Assembly: GCA_963816395.1 (NCBI GenBank)
Contig: CAWFKQ010000007.1
Location: 288,001-352,000, forward strand
DNA length: 64,000 nucleotides
Origin: an uncultured delta proteobacterium
GTDB taxonomy: Bacteria; Desulfobacterota; Desulfuromonadia; Desulfuromonadales; JACZKF01
Direction: 5' to 3'
The notes beneath the pieces are model-generated. The model saw only the letters and a list, made by a program, of their open reading frames with translations, was not told the origin of the DNA and searched no databases. Shown here in pieces: positions 21,195-32,152 of the stretch (its first letter is position 1; each line of letters opens with the position of its first letter). The position numbers and the translations under genes were made by a program.

Positions 21195-22335
21195 GTGCTT
21201 AGACAGCGAACTTCTGCCGAGCGCGAAATCGATTCTGCCATCCTGGCGAAAAATCAGGGAAGCCGGCCTCCGAGAGCTGCCGGCCTCCCTGTATGAATCG
21301 CCATGGCACCTGATTGTCATCCTCGCCTTTTCGATCTTTCTCGCCGAAGCGGCAATGATGGCCATCCTTTACCTGGCCCTGCCCCTCCCCCGGCTCCTCT
21401 GGCCGATTCCGGATCCCAGGCTGTTCATCTTTATCGTGGTGCCTGCCACATTGATACTTTTTCTCTTTCCCTCGCTGGTCTATTTCGTTCTCCGCCCCCT
21501 GCGGAAAAACATCCTGGAACGGCGGCAGGTCGAAAAGGCCTTGCACCGCGATATTACCGAAAGAGAAAAAACTGAAGCAGAGTTACGGTTTTCCCGGCAG
21601 CAATTGCGCGAGCTGTCATCCCACCTGCAGACTGCGCTGGAAGAAGAAAGAACCAGAATTGCGCGGGAGATCCATGACGAACTGGGGCAGGTGCTGGCAA
21701 CCCTCGCCCTGGACATTCACCTGCTGGAAGGCGAATTGCCGCTCCGGCAAATCAAGGCGCGCCGGAAGGCTACCGCCATGGCCCGGCTGATCGATTCGAC
21801 GATCAAGACCGTCCAGCGAGTTTCGGCCGAACTGCGGCCGGTGATGCTGGACGACCTGGGGCTCTCCGCCGCCATCCAATGGCAGGTGCGGGAATTCGAG
21901 AAAAGAACCGGCATCGCCTGTGAGATCCGTCTTTCCCTGGACGGCGAGGGGCCCGACCGCAACCGCTCTACCGACCTGTTCCGCATCCTCCAGGAGGCTT
22001 TGACCAACATTCTGCGCCATGCCCAGGCCACCCGGGTGGTGGTGCATCTCAGAGAGACGGAAGATCGATTCATCCTGCAGGTCAGCGACAACGGCCAGGG
22101 GATCACCCGGCAGAAAATCGCCGACGGGACCTCTCTCGGGCTTCTCGGGATTCGGGAACGTGCCGCCAACTGGGGGGGAAAGGTGGAGATCCGAGGGCTG
22201 CCGCAACGGGGAACTTCGTTGAAGGTTTCGCTGCCGTGGCGGCCTGAGCCTGAATGTGAATCGACGGTCGAATTTGTGGAATATGTGGGGAATTCCGGCG
22301 ATTCCGCACCGCAGGAACAGAAGGCAGCATCATGA
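21195..22335 (+). CDS. Membrane sensor histidine kinase, HisKA_3 type (5' end frameshifted, start uncertain)
   Basis: EERTRIAREIHDELGQ, QEALTNILRHA, DNGQG, GLLGIRERA. Confidence 0.92.
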
Positions 22336-22366
22336 TGCCAGCGATTGAACAGAGGGGAAGCTGCCA

Positions 22367-22996
22367 ATGATCAGGCGTATTCTCATAGCCGATGACCATT
22401 CCATTTTTCGCGAAGGGCTCAAGCAGGTCATCGCCAGCAAAATGGGATTGGCCATCGTGGATGAGGCCGCAACCGGGGCCGAGGCACTGAAAAAGGTGGC
22501 CGCCCACCCATACGACCTGGTCCTGCTCGACATCGCCATGCCCGGCCGGAGCGGACTGGACATCCTGATGGAAATCAAGAGGATCAGGCCGGAATTGCCG
22601 GTCCTCATGCTCAGCATGTACCCGGAAGAGCAATATGCCATGCGCGCTTTCCGTGCCGGCGCCTCCGGCTATGTGACCAAAGGCTGCGCCCCTGGCGAGC
22701 TCCTTTCGGCCATGCAGCGGGTCAGTCCGGCAAAAAGTTCGTCAGCCCGGCACTGGCGGAAGTCCTGGTGTCCATGGAGGATCCCGGCCAGAAAACCGAT
22801 CCATGCGGGACTCTCCAACCGCGAGTACCAGGTTCTCTGCATGCTGGCATCTGGAAAAACCGTCAGCAAGGTTGCCGTCGATCTGTCGTTGAGCATCAAA
22901 ACCGTAAGTACCCATCGGGCAAATCTTCTGCGCAAAATGAACCTGAAAAACAATGCTGAACTGACGCGCTACGCCATCGAACAGCAGTTGGTTTAA
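22367..22996 (+). CDS. NarL/LuxR family response regulator
   Basis: ILIADDH, LLDIAMP, LSNREYQVL, LSIKTVSTHR. Confidence 0.93.
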   Translation: MIRRILIADDHSIFREGLKQVIASKMGLAIVDEAATGAEALKKVAAHPYDLVLLDIAMPGRSGLDILMEIKRIRPELPVLMLSMYPEEQYAMRAFRAGASGYVTKGCAPGELLSAMQRVSPAKSSSARHWRKSWCPWRIPARKPIHAGLSNREYQVLCMLASGKTVSKVAVDLSLSIKTVSTHRANLLRKMNLKNNAELTRYAIEQQLV

Positions 22997-23028
22997 TAAG
23001 TACAAGTAGTTCAGCAAAGAGGGGATCA

Positions 23029-24542
23029 ATGACCAGACACAACCGTGGCTTTGCCATTTTGCCGGATTTCTCCGGTTTCATCTGCTTTGCTATATTTGCC
23101 GCGCTGGTGAGCAGGGGCAGTAGTCTTCTGAATTGTGCCGATACCTTTTGGCATATCAAAGCCGGAACGGTAATGCTCGAACGGGGAGAGATATTGACCC
23201 ACGACATCTTCTCCCACACGGCATATGGAAAGCCGTGGACGGCACATGAATGGCTGGCGGAAATCATCATGGCCAGCCTGCACCGAGTGGCCGGCCTGCC
23301 GGGAGTCGTCGTATTTTACTGCCTCCTTGCCGCGCTCACCTTCTGGCTCCTCTTTAAAATCGCCAACATGTACGCGGGAGAGCTTGTATCAGCCCTCTGC
23401 GTGGGGGTTGCTTTCCTGCTGGCGAAAGGTCATCTGCTGGCGCGACCTCATCTTTTCACATGGCTCCTTGGGGTTATCACCCTTTATCTGCTGATCAAAG
23501 GCGGTCGCCTGCTCTATATACTCCCCTTCCTGACGGCCCTTTGGGCCAATTTACATGGCGGGGTTCTTCTCGGACTGGTTCTGCAGGGGATCTTTCTAGT
23601 TGGGCATATTCTGGAGTGCTGGCCGATCAAGGAGATATTCGCCCAACGCTACTCAATTGCCCGCGAATGCAAAAAGCCAATTGTCAAGTTCTCAGCCTAA
23701 GCACAATGGCCGTAATGATCAATCCCTTTGGTTATCACCTATTTCTCTTCCCATTCCAGGCAACCGCAGCCATTTTCAGCAAAGGTATTCAGAGTGGCGA
23801 TCTCCAGATCTCCAGGCACACTGGTATTTTCGCCTTTATATACTGACTTTAGCTCTCCTCCTCCTCTGCCGGAAAACCAGGATCAATTGGACCAACCGCC
23901 TGCTGCTCCTGTTCTTATTCAACGCCGCCATGACCCATGTAAGACATGTCAGCATAATGGGAATATTCCTCACTCCATTTTTGGCAAATACCCTTGAACC
24001 CTGGGGTCAGAGACTTAAATCGGTCATGCGCAGGCGAAGCAGAGAACGAGAAAGGAGATGACACTCTCCCAAGTTTCGGGTCCGATTGCAATAGTCATTC
24101 TATTTGCAACTATATTTTCAGCGAGCGCTTTGGCCTCGCCAAGCTGGGAGAAAATCGAATCAGCACTATTTTCACTTCCGGAAAATTTCCCGACCAAGGC
24201 CGCGCAGTTCATCAATCAAAATCAGCCAAAGGGGAAAATGTTCAATGAGTATTCATTAGGAGGATACCTTCTTTATGCTTTAGATTCACCACCTCCAGTT
24301 TTCATTGATGGCCGGGCGGATATGTATCGGAGAAAATATTCGGCGATTACCAGAAAATCAGTAGCGTGGAAGATAGGATTGATCAACTGCTTACAGAATA
24401 TCAAATTGACTGGGTGATATTCCCCCCTTCACGCCTACTAATTCGTTACCTTTTGGCAGGTGGAGACTGGCAGGAAATCTATAAAGATAAGCAGGCATCC
24501 ATTATTATACGAAAAAACTTACTAGTTGATAAAAATAAATAA
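23029..24542 (+). CDS. Polytopic membrane protein, putative GT-C-type glycosyltransferase (frameshifted)
   Basis: DTFWHIKAG...DIFSHT...W.AHEWL, ARPHLFT, LWANLHGG, VFIDGRADMY; many TM segments. Confidence 0.6.
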
Positions 24543-24743
24543 AGACAATGAAAAAGAAATGGCTAGCAAACCATCAGATACAAATAACTCTTATTTAAAT
24601 ACAATAAAGATGTGAATAAATTTCAGAACAGGTTTCTTAAAATAAAGATGAAATAAAACTTTAATGTTCCCAATATTTAAAATGTAATGGCTAGAACTTT
24701 ATTTTAAATTAAAGCAAATTTCTTATTTACCGGAGATTTGATT

Positions 24744-25670
24744 ATGATTGATCCTCTAAAGGAAAGAGTAGATTTATCAATAGTCATTCCGTGCTTCAAT
24801 GAGGAGGAGGTCTTATTTGAGACATTTCGACGCATAATCGCCGTATGTGAGGAAATGCCAAATTTGTCAGAATTCGAAATCGTCTTCGTCAATGATGGTT
24901 CGCGGGATACCACCTGGTCGAAAATTGAGGGGCTGGTGCACCTGGATTCCCATGTCGTGGGAGTAAATCTATCACGTAATTTTGGACATCAATTGGCTCT
25001 TACCGCCGGCTTAGAGTTGGCTAGAGGTGAACGTATACTCATTCTTGATGCCGACCTACAGGATCCACCCGAAATTTTACCAGATATGATGAAGGCAATG
25101 GATGAAGGCGCAGATGTGGTCTATGGCCGTAGAATTAAAAGAGAAGGAGAATCATGGTTCAAAGAAATTACGGCCAGATGTTTTTACCGGCTTTTAAACA
25201 AAGCTACCGATTTCAGCATCCCGCTTGATACAGGTGATTTCCGACTTATATCAAGAAGAGTAAATGAAGCTCTTTGTAACATGCAAGAGAGGCAGAGGTT
25301 CATTCGCGGAATGGTAGCTTGGTTGGGATACAAACAAGTCGAATTTCCTTATGTCAGAGAAAGACGTTTTGCTGGAACAACCAAATATTCGCTCTCTAAG
25401 ATGTTATCTTTTTCGTTAGACGCCATCACTAGCTTTTCTAATATTCCGATTCGAATATCAGTATTTTTTTCCTTTTTAATAGGCCTCGTATCAATTGCTT
25501 TACTTTGTTATGTCCTTTTCTCATGGATCATTTGGAATACAATCCCTGGGTGGGCCAGCTTGGGGGTAATTATAACATTTATTGGCGCGGTCCAATTACT
25601 AATCTTGGGAATTACAGGTGAGTACGTAGGTAGAATTTATATGGAATCAAAAATCGCCCCCTTTATATGA
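24744..25670 (+). CDS. GT2 polyprenyl-phosphate glycosyltransferase (GtrB/ArnC-like); 3' end probably frameshifted
   Basis: SIVIPCFNEE, VNDGSRD, SRNFGHQLA, DADLQDPP, GDFRL, two C-terminal TMs, GEYVGRIY. Confidence 0.92.
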   Translation: MIDPLKERVDLSIVIPCFNEEEVLFETFRRIIAVCEEMPNLSEFEIVFVNDGSRDTTWSKIEGLVHLDSHVVGVNLSRNFGHQLALTAGLELARGERILILDADLQDPPEILPDMMKAMDEGADVVYGRRIKREGESWFKEITARCFYRLLNKATDFSIPLDTGDFRLISRRVNEALCNMQERQRFIRGMVAWLGYKQVEFPYVRERRFAGTTKYSLSKMLSFSLDAITSFSNIPIRISVFFSFLIGLVSIALLCYVLFSWIIWNTIPGWASLGVIITFIGAVQLLILGITGEYVGRIYMESKIAPFI

Positions 25671-25736
25671 TAGACAAGGTCATAAAAGAAAGGACTTTGT
25701 CACTATCATCAGAACTTCAAGTTAGGGAAAAAAATT

Positions 25737-26473
25737 ATGCATAAATATTCTAGGTCTTTTTTCGAGTATATTCAGACAGGGTCTATTCGATCTTCTGAAA
25801 TAATTGTACCAATCGTCGGTAAATTGTTGGAGGTGAGATCAGTCCTTGATGTCGGGTGTGGTCGGGGGGCTTGGCTTACGACATGGGGAAAGTACGGCGC
25901 ACGTGTAGTGGGAGTAGATGGAGAATATGCTGACACTGGTAACCTTCTGATCCCAAGGGAAGCGTTCATAGCCAAGGATTTACGTTATCCCTTTGATCTG
26001 AAGGAGCGATTTTCCCTGGTTTAGTGTCTAGAGGTTGCCGAGCATCTCCCTAAAACATGCGCAGAATTGCTTGTCGCATCCTTATGTCGACATAGCGATC
26101 TAGTTCTTTTCTCCTCGGCACTGCCCGGACAAGGAGGTGAGAACCACTTAAATGAGCAGAATTTTGCTTTCTGGCGCAATCTCTTCGGGAAAAGGGCTAC
26201 CACATGCTCGACCCCTTTCGGCCTTCTCTGGGCCCCCACAAGTGGAATAGAGCCATGGTACAAATACAATCTTTTCCTTTTCGCCAGCCAAGGTAAGATG
26301 AAAGAGCTTAAGCATTTAGAGAAATTCGTTATCCCCCTTGACCGTGCCCCTAAGGATATCAGCCCGTGGCCCCACCGGGTGAGAGGGGTTTCATTCGGTG
26401 GTTTCCTGTGGAAATTGTTACAATTCTTTCAAGAGTGAAGCAGTCTTCCGTTCGTCTAATGCGTCAGCAATGA
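25737..26473 (+). pseudogene. Class I SAM-dependent methyltransferase with in-frame TAG at 26022-26024
   Basis: VLDVGCGRG, FSLV*CLEVAEHL, PGQGGENHLNEQ in one frame; further indels downstream. Confidence 0.75.
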
Positions 26474-26612
26474 TTACCTCCCCGCGATCCTCTTCTCGCG
26501 GTAAACGCCATTCTCTATAGCAACAGATAAAAAAATCCCCGCCTTTCAGCGAGGACTTTCCACAATTTGAAGGGGCCGAAAGGCCCCGCTTTATTGAACC
26601 GAAAAGCAGGTT

Positions 26613-26834
26613 TCAGATCCTCGAATTTTCCTCCCGGCACCGGGAATCAAAGCGCGGGAATCTCTCCATTTTTCTCAGGATCCGGAACAGAAAAGCGCCG
26701 GAAAATTCGATTTTTTCATGGCAGAAGGGGCAGGTCCTGGAACCGCGGACGGTGATTTCCTTGGCATTCTGACTGAAAATCTGTTGGCAATGGGGGCAGT
26801 CGATCTCCAGGTAGGGGCCAGTCATCCGATACAT
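26613..26834 (-). CDS. Small zinc-ribbon protein
   Basis: CPHC...CPFC; GGAG RBS; GC hairpin downstream at 26572-26587. Confidence 0.55.
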   Translation of the reverse strand: MYRMTGPYLEIDCPHCQQIFSQNAKEITVRGSRTCPFCHEKIEFSGAFLFRILRKMERFPRFDSRCREENSRI

Positions 26835-26971
26835 CTCCTCCGGTCAGGTGGGGGGCGAGATACCGGTGAGATTATCAGAGTTCCCCAACGGATTGCAATG
26901 GGAAATTTGAAATTTCTTATTTTTGTTTTGAAAGTGCCAATGAAATGAATCTTTGAAATGAGCCTGCCCGA

Positions 26972-28057
26972 TCAGCGGGTCCCGGCGCCGAAAAGCCGGT
27001 CATACTGCAGGTTGTCGCCGGCGCGGCACTCGTAGCACTCTCCCACAGCGACGACTTTACCCATCCGCAGCAGCTCGCTGATCGTAACAAACCGGTACCC
27101 GGCGGCCCGAAGCTGGCGCACGAAGCGCGGCAGCGCTTCGGCGGTGCCGTGGCCCCGGCCGTTGGCGTGGCAGATGATGATCGATCCCGGATGGACACCG
27201 GTCAGAACGGTGCGGACGATGCCGTCGGCGGTGCGTTTCGGCGCCGGATCGGCCGTCACCACATCCCATTGAATGGCCGGCAACCCCTGGTTGGCCAGAA
27301 AAGTCAGAGCCTCTCGGCTGCAAGTGCCATAGGGAAAACGGAAAGCCCGGAGCTCGGTGGGTACCCGTGCCACTTCCGCCTGGCCGACCCGGCGGGCGCA
27401 GGGACTCGCGGCCAGTTCCGTGCGGAGAATTTCATATTCCCGCTGGGCCAGCTGCACCTGTTCGGCCATGGCCTGCCCCTTCAGGACCCGGAGATTCCCG
27501 TGGGTCCAGGCGTGATTGCCGATCTCGAACAGCGGATCGGCCATCAACTGCTTGGCCTTGACCGGATGGGACTGCATCCATTTTCCCCCGGCGAAAAAGG
27601 TCGCCTCGACATGATTTTTCCGCAGGAAATTGATAATGGCAGCATCGTACCCGGCGACCTCATTCTCCCTTTCGCAGAGGTCGAAGGTCAGGGCCACCAC
27701 TTTCTTCCCTCCGGCCGGGCGCACCGAACGGATGGAGCCCCGCAGGGCCTTTTCCAGCGGTACAGCGGGGGTGGGCAGACCGAAGGGAGGGGGCAAAAAG
27801 GAAGCGACGGGTCGATGAACGATCCGGTCGTTTGCAGAACCAAGCAGCTCGGCGGAACTCCAGCAGCTCTCCAGAAGAGCTTGGGAACCGAAAGTGGGCA
27901 GCCCGGGAGGGCCGAAATCCTCCGCCCGGCAATGGCCGGTCAGGAGAAAAAAGAAAAAAATCGCAAAAAAAACGCCACCCAGTCTCCCACCGGCCAGCCG
28001 TCCCTTCATCGCCATCGCCTCCTGATTGCGAAACATAGCTGTTTCAGTCGGAGGCAT
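26972..28057 (-). CDS. Polysaccharide deacetylase (NodB/CE4), exported
   Basis: VALTFDLC, ATFF, EIGNHAWTH, FRFPYG, GSIIICH. Confidence 0.9.
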   Translation of the reverse strand: MPPTETAMFRNQEAMAMKGRLAGGRLGGVFFAIFFFFLLTGHCRAEDFGPPGLPTFGSQALLESCWSSAELLGSANDRIVHRPVASFLPPPFGLPTPAVPLEKALRGSIRSVRPAGGKKVVALTFDLCERENEVAGYDAAIINFLRKNHVEATFFAGGKWMQSHPVKAKQLMADPLFEIGNHAWTHGNLRVLKGQAMAEQVQLAQREYEILRTELAASPCARRVGQAEVARVPTELRAFRFPYGTCSREALTFLANQGLPAIQWDVVTADPAPKRTADGIVRTVLTGVHPGSIIICHANGRGHGTAEALPRFVRQLRAAGYRFVTISELLRMGKVVAVGECYECRAGDNLQYDRLFGAGTR

Positions 28058-28080
28058 TTTAATCCTCTTTCCGACAAAAG

Positions 28081-28112
28081 AAAAGGACCAGCCGAATTCG
28101 ACTGGTCCTGTT
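28081..28112 (-). terminator. Rho-independent terminator after tRNA-Val
   Basis: AGGACCAG..CTGGTCCT stem followed by T-run on minus strand. Confidence 0.75.
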
Positions 28113-28117
28113 ATTTC

Positions 28118-28192
28118 TGGTGGGCGTTGTAGGGATTGAACCTACGACCCCTGCCGTGTGAAGGCAGTGCTCTCCCGCTGAGCTAAACGCCC
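28118..28192 (-). tRNA. tRNA-Val (CAC)
   Basis: GGGCGTTTAGCTCAGCGGGAGAGCA-CTGCC-TT-CAC-AC-GGCAG...GGTTCAATCC...CGCCCACCA. Confidence 0.97.
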
Positions 28193-28205
28193 GAATGGAG
28201 TTGGA

Positions 28206-28234
28206 TTTATAACAAGTTGGAGGAGGGTTGTCAA
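28206..28234 (-). promoter_or_regulatory. sigma70 promoter of tRNA-Val
   Basis: TTGACA-17-TATAAA on minus strand. Confidence 0.8.
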
Positions 28235-28313
28235 TGGATAAATCGGGGCTAGAGGCTATGGGCAATCGGCTAGAGGGAAGCCAAAGGCAAGTAGACCATC
28301 AGCAAGTTGGGGG

Positions 28314-28703
28314 TTAGAGACTGGGGCTAGAGGAAAGGCAACGTCGGAATCCTCTGGATCTTATGAGGGCGCCGAGCATGGAGGCTATTTCCTCCCCTCC
28401 AATCAGCAATGGTCGCGCGATTTCTTCGGACAAATGACCGATTTCCTGTGCAATTTCAAGTTGCGTCAGCAGTTCGGCTAAAGAGCCCTTGGCGATGAAG
28501 AAGAAGCGGATGGCTTCCTTATCGGTCTCCCGCTCGTCCCCCTCTGCGATGTTGCTCGCCACGCTGACAGCCGATCGGCGAATCTGATCACAGAGCGAGA
28601 AATCCCTGGCCATCTCCGGAGAATTCGTTACACGATAAACGTCCACAGCCAAATCCTTCGCCCTCTTCCAAACCTTCAGCTCCCTGAACCCCAGCTTTCC
28701 CAT
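28314..28703 (-). CDS. Four-helix-bundle protein (23S rRNA IVP/Avd-like family)
   Basis: FRELKVWKRA...DQIRRSAVSVASNIAEG...FFFIAKGSLAELLTQL. Confidence 0.93.
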   Translation of the reverse strand: MGKLGFRELKVWKRAKDLAVDVYRVTNSPEMARDFSLCDQIRRSAVSVASNIAEGDERETDKEAIRFFFIAKGSLAELLTQLEIAQEIGHLSEEIARPLLIGGEEIASMLGALIRSRGFRRCLSSSPSL

Positions 28704-28737
28704 TTCCCCCTCCTTCGATTTCATCCTTGCCGCACTT

Positions 28738-29739
<1,002 letters not shown>

Positions 29740-29808
29740 TGATTCACAACCGAGTTTCAGGATGGTGGTTATTCACTTCGCTCCATCAAGGATTTATCCC
29801 GTTAATCC

Positions 29809-30006
29809 GAATGGCGCTAGTTTAAGCCCTTTTTTCAACTACTGGGGAGTAAACTCGGGACTGTCCCCAGCCCCACCGGGGGCTGTCCCAGATGTTTACG
29901 GGCCATGAAACGCCGATGGTTCGCGCCGCAAAAACCGGGACAGCCCCCGGTGGGGCTGGGGACAGTCCCGGTTTTGCTGACATCCACCCTTAAACTAGCG
30001 CCATTC
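29809..30006. mobile_element. 198-bp MITE with IS4-like terminal inverted repeats
   Basis: Perfect 18-bp TIR GAATGGCGCTAGTTTAAG (29809-29826/29989-30006); 10-bp target duplication CCGTTAATCC (29799-29808/30007-30016). Confidence 0.88.
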
Positions 30007-30087
30007 CCGTTAATCCCCTTTATCCCTGTAAATTGCTTTGACGTGGTTCGAAAAATAGCATTACTGGAGTCAAGGGCATAACCAGAT

Positions 30088-30846
30088 TCAGGATTTTAGA
30101 AAGGCCGCGGCGCGGTCGCGCAGGATGCCCGAGGAAACCAGAGTGGAGAAGGCGCCGAGTTCCATCGTCTGGCCGTTCTTCAGGTCAATGTCGCCGGCGG
30201 CATTCACCAGTTTCTTGCCGTAGGCCAGGGCGGCCGGGCTCATGGCGGCCATGTGACGGGCGAAAGATTGCACTTCGGACCAGAAGGAAGCATGGGGGAA
30301 GACACGGTCGACCAGCCCCATGCGCAGGGCCTCGGCGGCCCCGTAGGCCTCGGCGGTCATGAACATTTCCAGTGCAAAATTGCGCCCCACCTGGCGGGGC
30401 AGCTTCTGGGTGCCCCCGAAGCCGGTGATGATCCCCAGCTTGGCGCCGGGATGGGCGATGCGCAGGCGGTCGCTGGCCAGGCGGATGTCGCAGGCCAGGG
30501 CCAGGTCGCAGCCGCCGCCCATGGTAATGCCGTTCAGGGCGCCGATGATCGGCTTGTCCGCGGCCTCCATCTGCTCGAACAGGGCCTGCCCCTGTTCGGA
30601 GAATTCGAGCGCATCCAGAGGCGCGAAATCCTTCATCTCAGCGATGTTGGCGCCGACCGCGAAACTCTCCCCCTGGCCGCCGGAAAGGACGATGCAGACC
30701 ACCGCCGGGTCAGTTTCCAGCACCCGCAGCGCTTCCCGGATCTCGCCGATGCACCCCCGATGCAGGGTATTGAAACGGCCGCCGTTGTCGAGAATCAGGT
30801 AACCGACGCCCGCCTCGATTTCAAGGTGCAGAGTCTGCCAGGACAT
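30088..30846 (-). CDS. Crotonase-superfamily protein lacking the canonical catalytic Glu residues
   Basis: FAVGANI, GGGCDLALACDIR, HPGAKLG, GFGGTQKLPR. Confidence 0.88.
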   Translation of the reverse strand: MSWQTLHLEIEAGVGYLILDNGGRFNTLHRGCIGEIREALRVLETDPAVVCIVLSGGQGESFAVGANIAEMKDFAPLDALEFSEQGQALFEQMEAADKPIIGALNGITMGGGCDLALACDIRLASDRLRIAHPGAKLGIITGFGGTQKLPRQVGRNFALEMFMTAEAYGAAEALRMGLVDRVFPHASFWSEVQSFARHMAAMSPAALAYGKKLVNAAGDIDLKNGQTMELGAFSTLVSSGILRDRAAAFLKS

Positions 30847-30853
30847 GATCCCC

Positions 30854-31258
30854 TCAGGCGCGCGGCCGGATGTTTTCCTTCACCCATTGATTGATCGCCT
30901 CGGTGCTGGTGCCCGGAGTGAAGATTTCCTTGACGCCGGCCGATTTCAGCCCGGGGATGTCGTCCTCGGGAATGATGCCGCCGCCGAACACCGGGATGTC
31001 TTCCGCGCCCTTCTGCCGGAGCAGCTCGACCACCCGGGGGAAAAGGGTGTTGTGGGCACCGGAAAGGATGGACAGGGTCACCGCGTCCACATCCTCCTGG
31101 ATGGCGGTGTTGACGATCTGCTCCGGGGTCTGGCGCAGGCCGGTATAGATCACCTCGAAGCCGGCGTCGCGGAAGGCCCGGGCAACAATCTTCGCCCCCC
31201 GGTCATGCCCGTCCAGCCCCGGCTTCGCCACCAGCAGTCGCAGTTTTCTTTCTGTCAT
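30854..31258 (-). CDS. Acyl-CoA mutase small subunit (B12-binding domain)
   Basis: [10 protein letters not shown] (DxHxxG), SILSGAH, GGGIIP, FTPGT. Confidence 0.95.
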   Translation of the reverse strand: MTERKLRLLVAKPGLDGHDRGAKIVARAFRDAGFEVIYTGLRQTPEQIVNTAIQEDVDAVTLSILSGAHNTLFPRVVELLRQKGAEDIPVFGGGIIPEDDIPGLKSAGVKEIFTPGTSTEAINQWVKENIRPRA

Positions 31259-31449
31259 GATGTTCATCTCCTTCAGGGCAGGAATTGCAAAAATCGATTT
31301 AAACGACCCGTTCGCTACGCTCACTGGAGGACACTGAGAACTACATGAGAAATCATGTTCACAGACAAGAATCTGAATGGGTTTAAAACCAAAAAAAGAG
31401 TTTCTCAGTTTCTCAAGTCTTTGCTGCAGTGCTCTTCAGATTGGTGAAG

Positions 31450-31562
31450 CTCTCTTAACGCGAAGCCGCAAAGGTTGAAACCAAGTCGCAAAGAAAATCA
31501 GAACCTGGCTTCGGTTTCTTTGCGCCTTTCATTCTTCTTTGCGCTCTTTGCGTTAAGAGCCT
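31450..31562. repeat. AACGC...GCAAAG / CTTTGCGTT palindromic element
   Basis: CTCTTAACGCGAAG...CTTTGCGTTAAGAG arms. Confidence 0.7.
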
Positions 31563-31602
31563 TCTCGTTTCTTTGACCTGAACAGTTACAAAAGGTTTAT
31601 GT

Positions 31603-32149
31603 CTAAGATTCTATCCCTTTACGCGCGTGCTGGCCGGAGTGGAAGTAATGCTTGATCTCGCGCATCTCGGTGACCAGGTCGGCCAGTTCAATGATTTCCG
31701 GGTGGGCGCCGCGGCCGGTGAGGATGAGTTCGGTGTGGGCGGGTTTGCCCAGGACCAGCGTCCTTGACATCGGCCAGGGGGAGGAGGCCGAAATCGACGG
31801 CGCAGTTGATTTCGTCGAGGACCACCAGGTCGTAATCGCCGGAGAGTACATCCTGTTTGGCTTTGTCGAACCCCTCGCGGGCAAAGCGGACATCTTCCGG
31901 ATCGGGATGGCTGCGCGAGACGAAAGTATCCCGCCCCACCTGCTCGATGCTCAGCTCGGGCGCCAGCCGCCGCGCCGCGGCCAGCTCACCGTAAACGGTG
32001 CTGCCTTTCATGAACTGCAGAACGCGAACCCGGAAGCCGTGCCCGGCGGCACGGAAGGCGAGGCCGAGGGAGGCGGTCGTCTTGCCCTTGCCGTTGCCGG
32101 TGTATACCTGCACCAAGCCCTGCTTCAATTTTGGCTGCTGCGGTTCCAT
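31603..32149 (-). CDS. cobO: Cob(I)alamin adenosyltransferase CobO/BtuR (frameshift ~31760)
   Basis: YTGNGKGKTTA, QFMKG, VVLDEIN, ELILTGR, ADLVTEM. Confidence 0.93.
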
Positions 32150-32152
32150 GGT

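Noticed and set aside
28118..28192. tRNA-Val as the attachment site of an island
   Set aside because: No integrase nearby and I saw no duplicate of the tRNA 3' end in the window.
28314..28703. Diversity-generating retroelement suggested by the Avd-like gene
   Set aside because: No reverse transcriptase and no TR/VR pair with adenine-specific mismatches.
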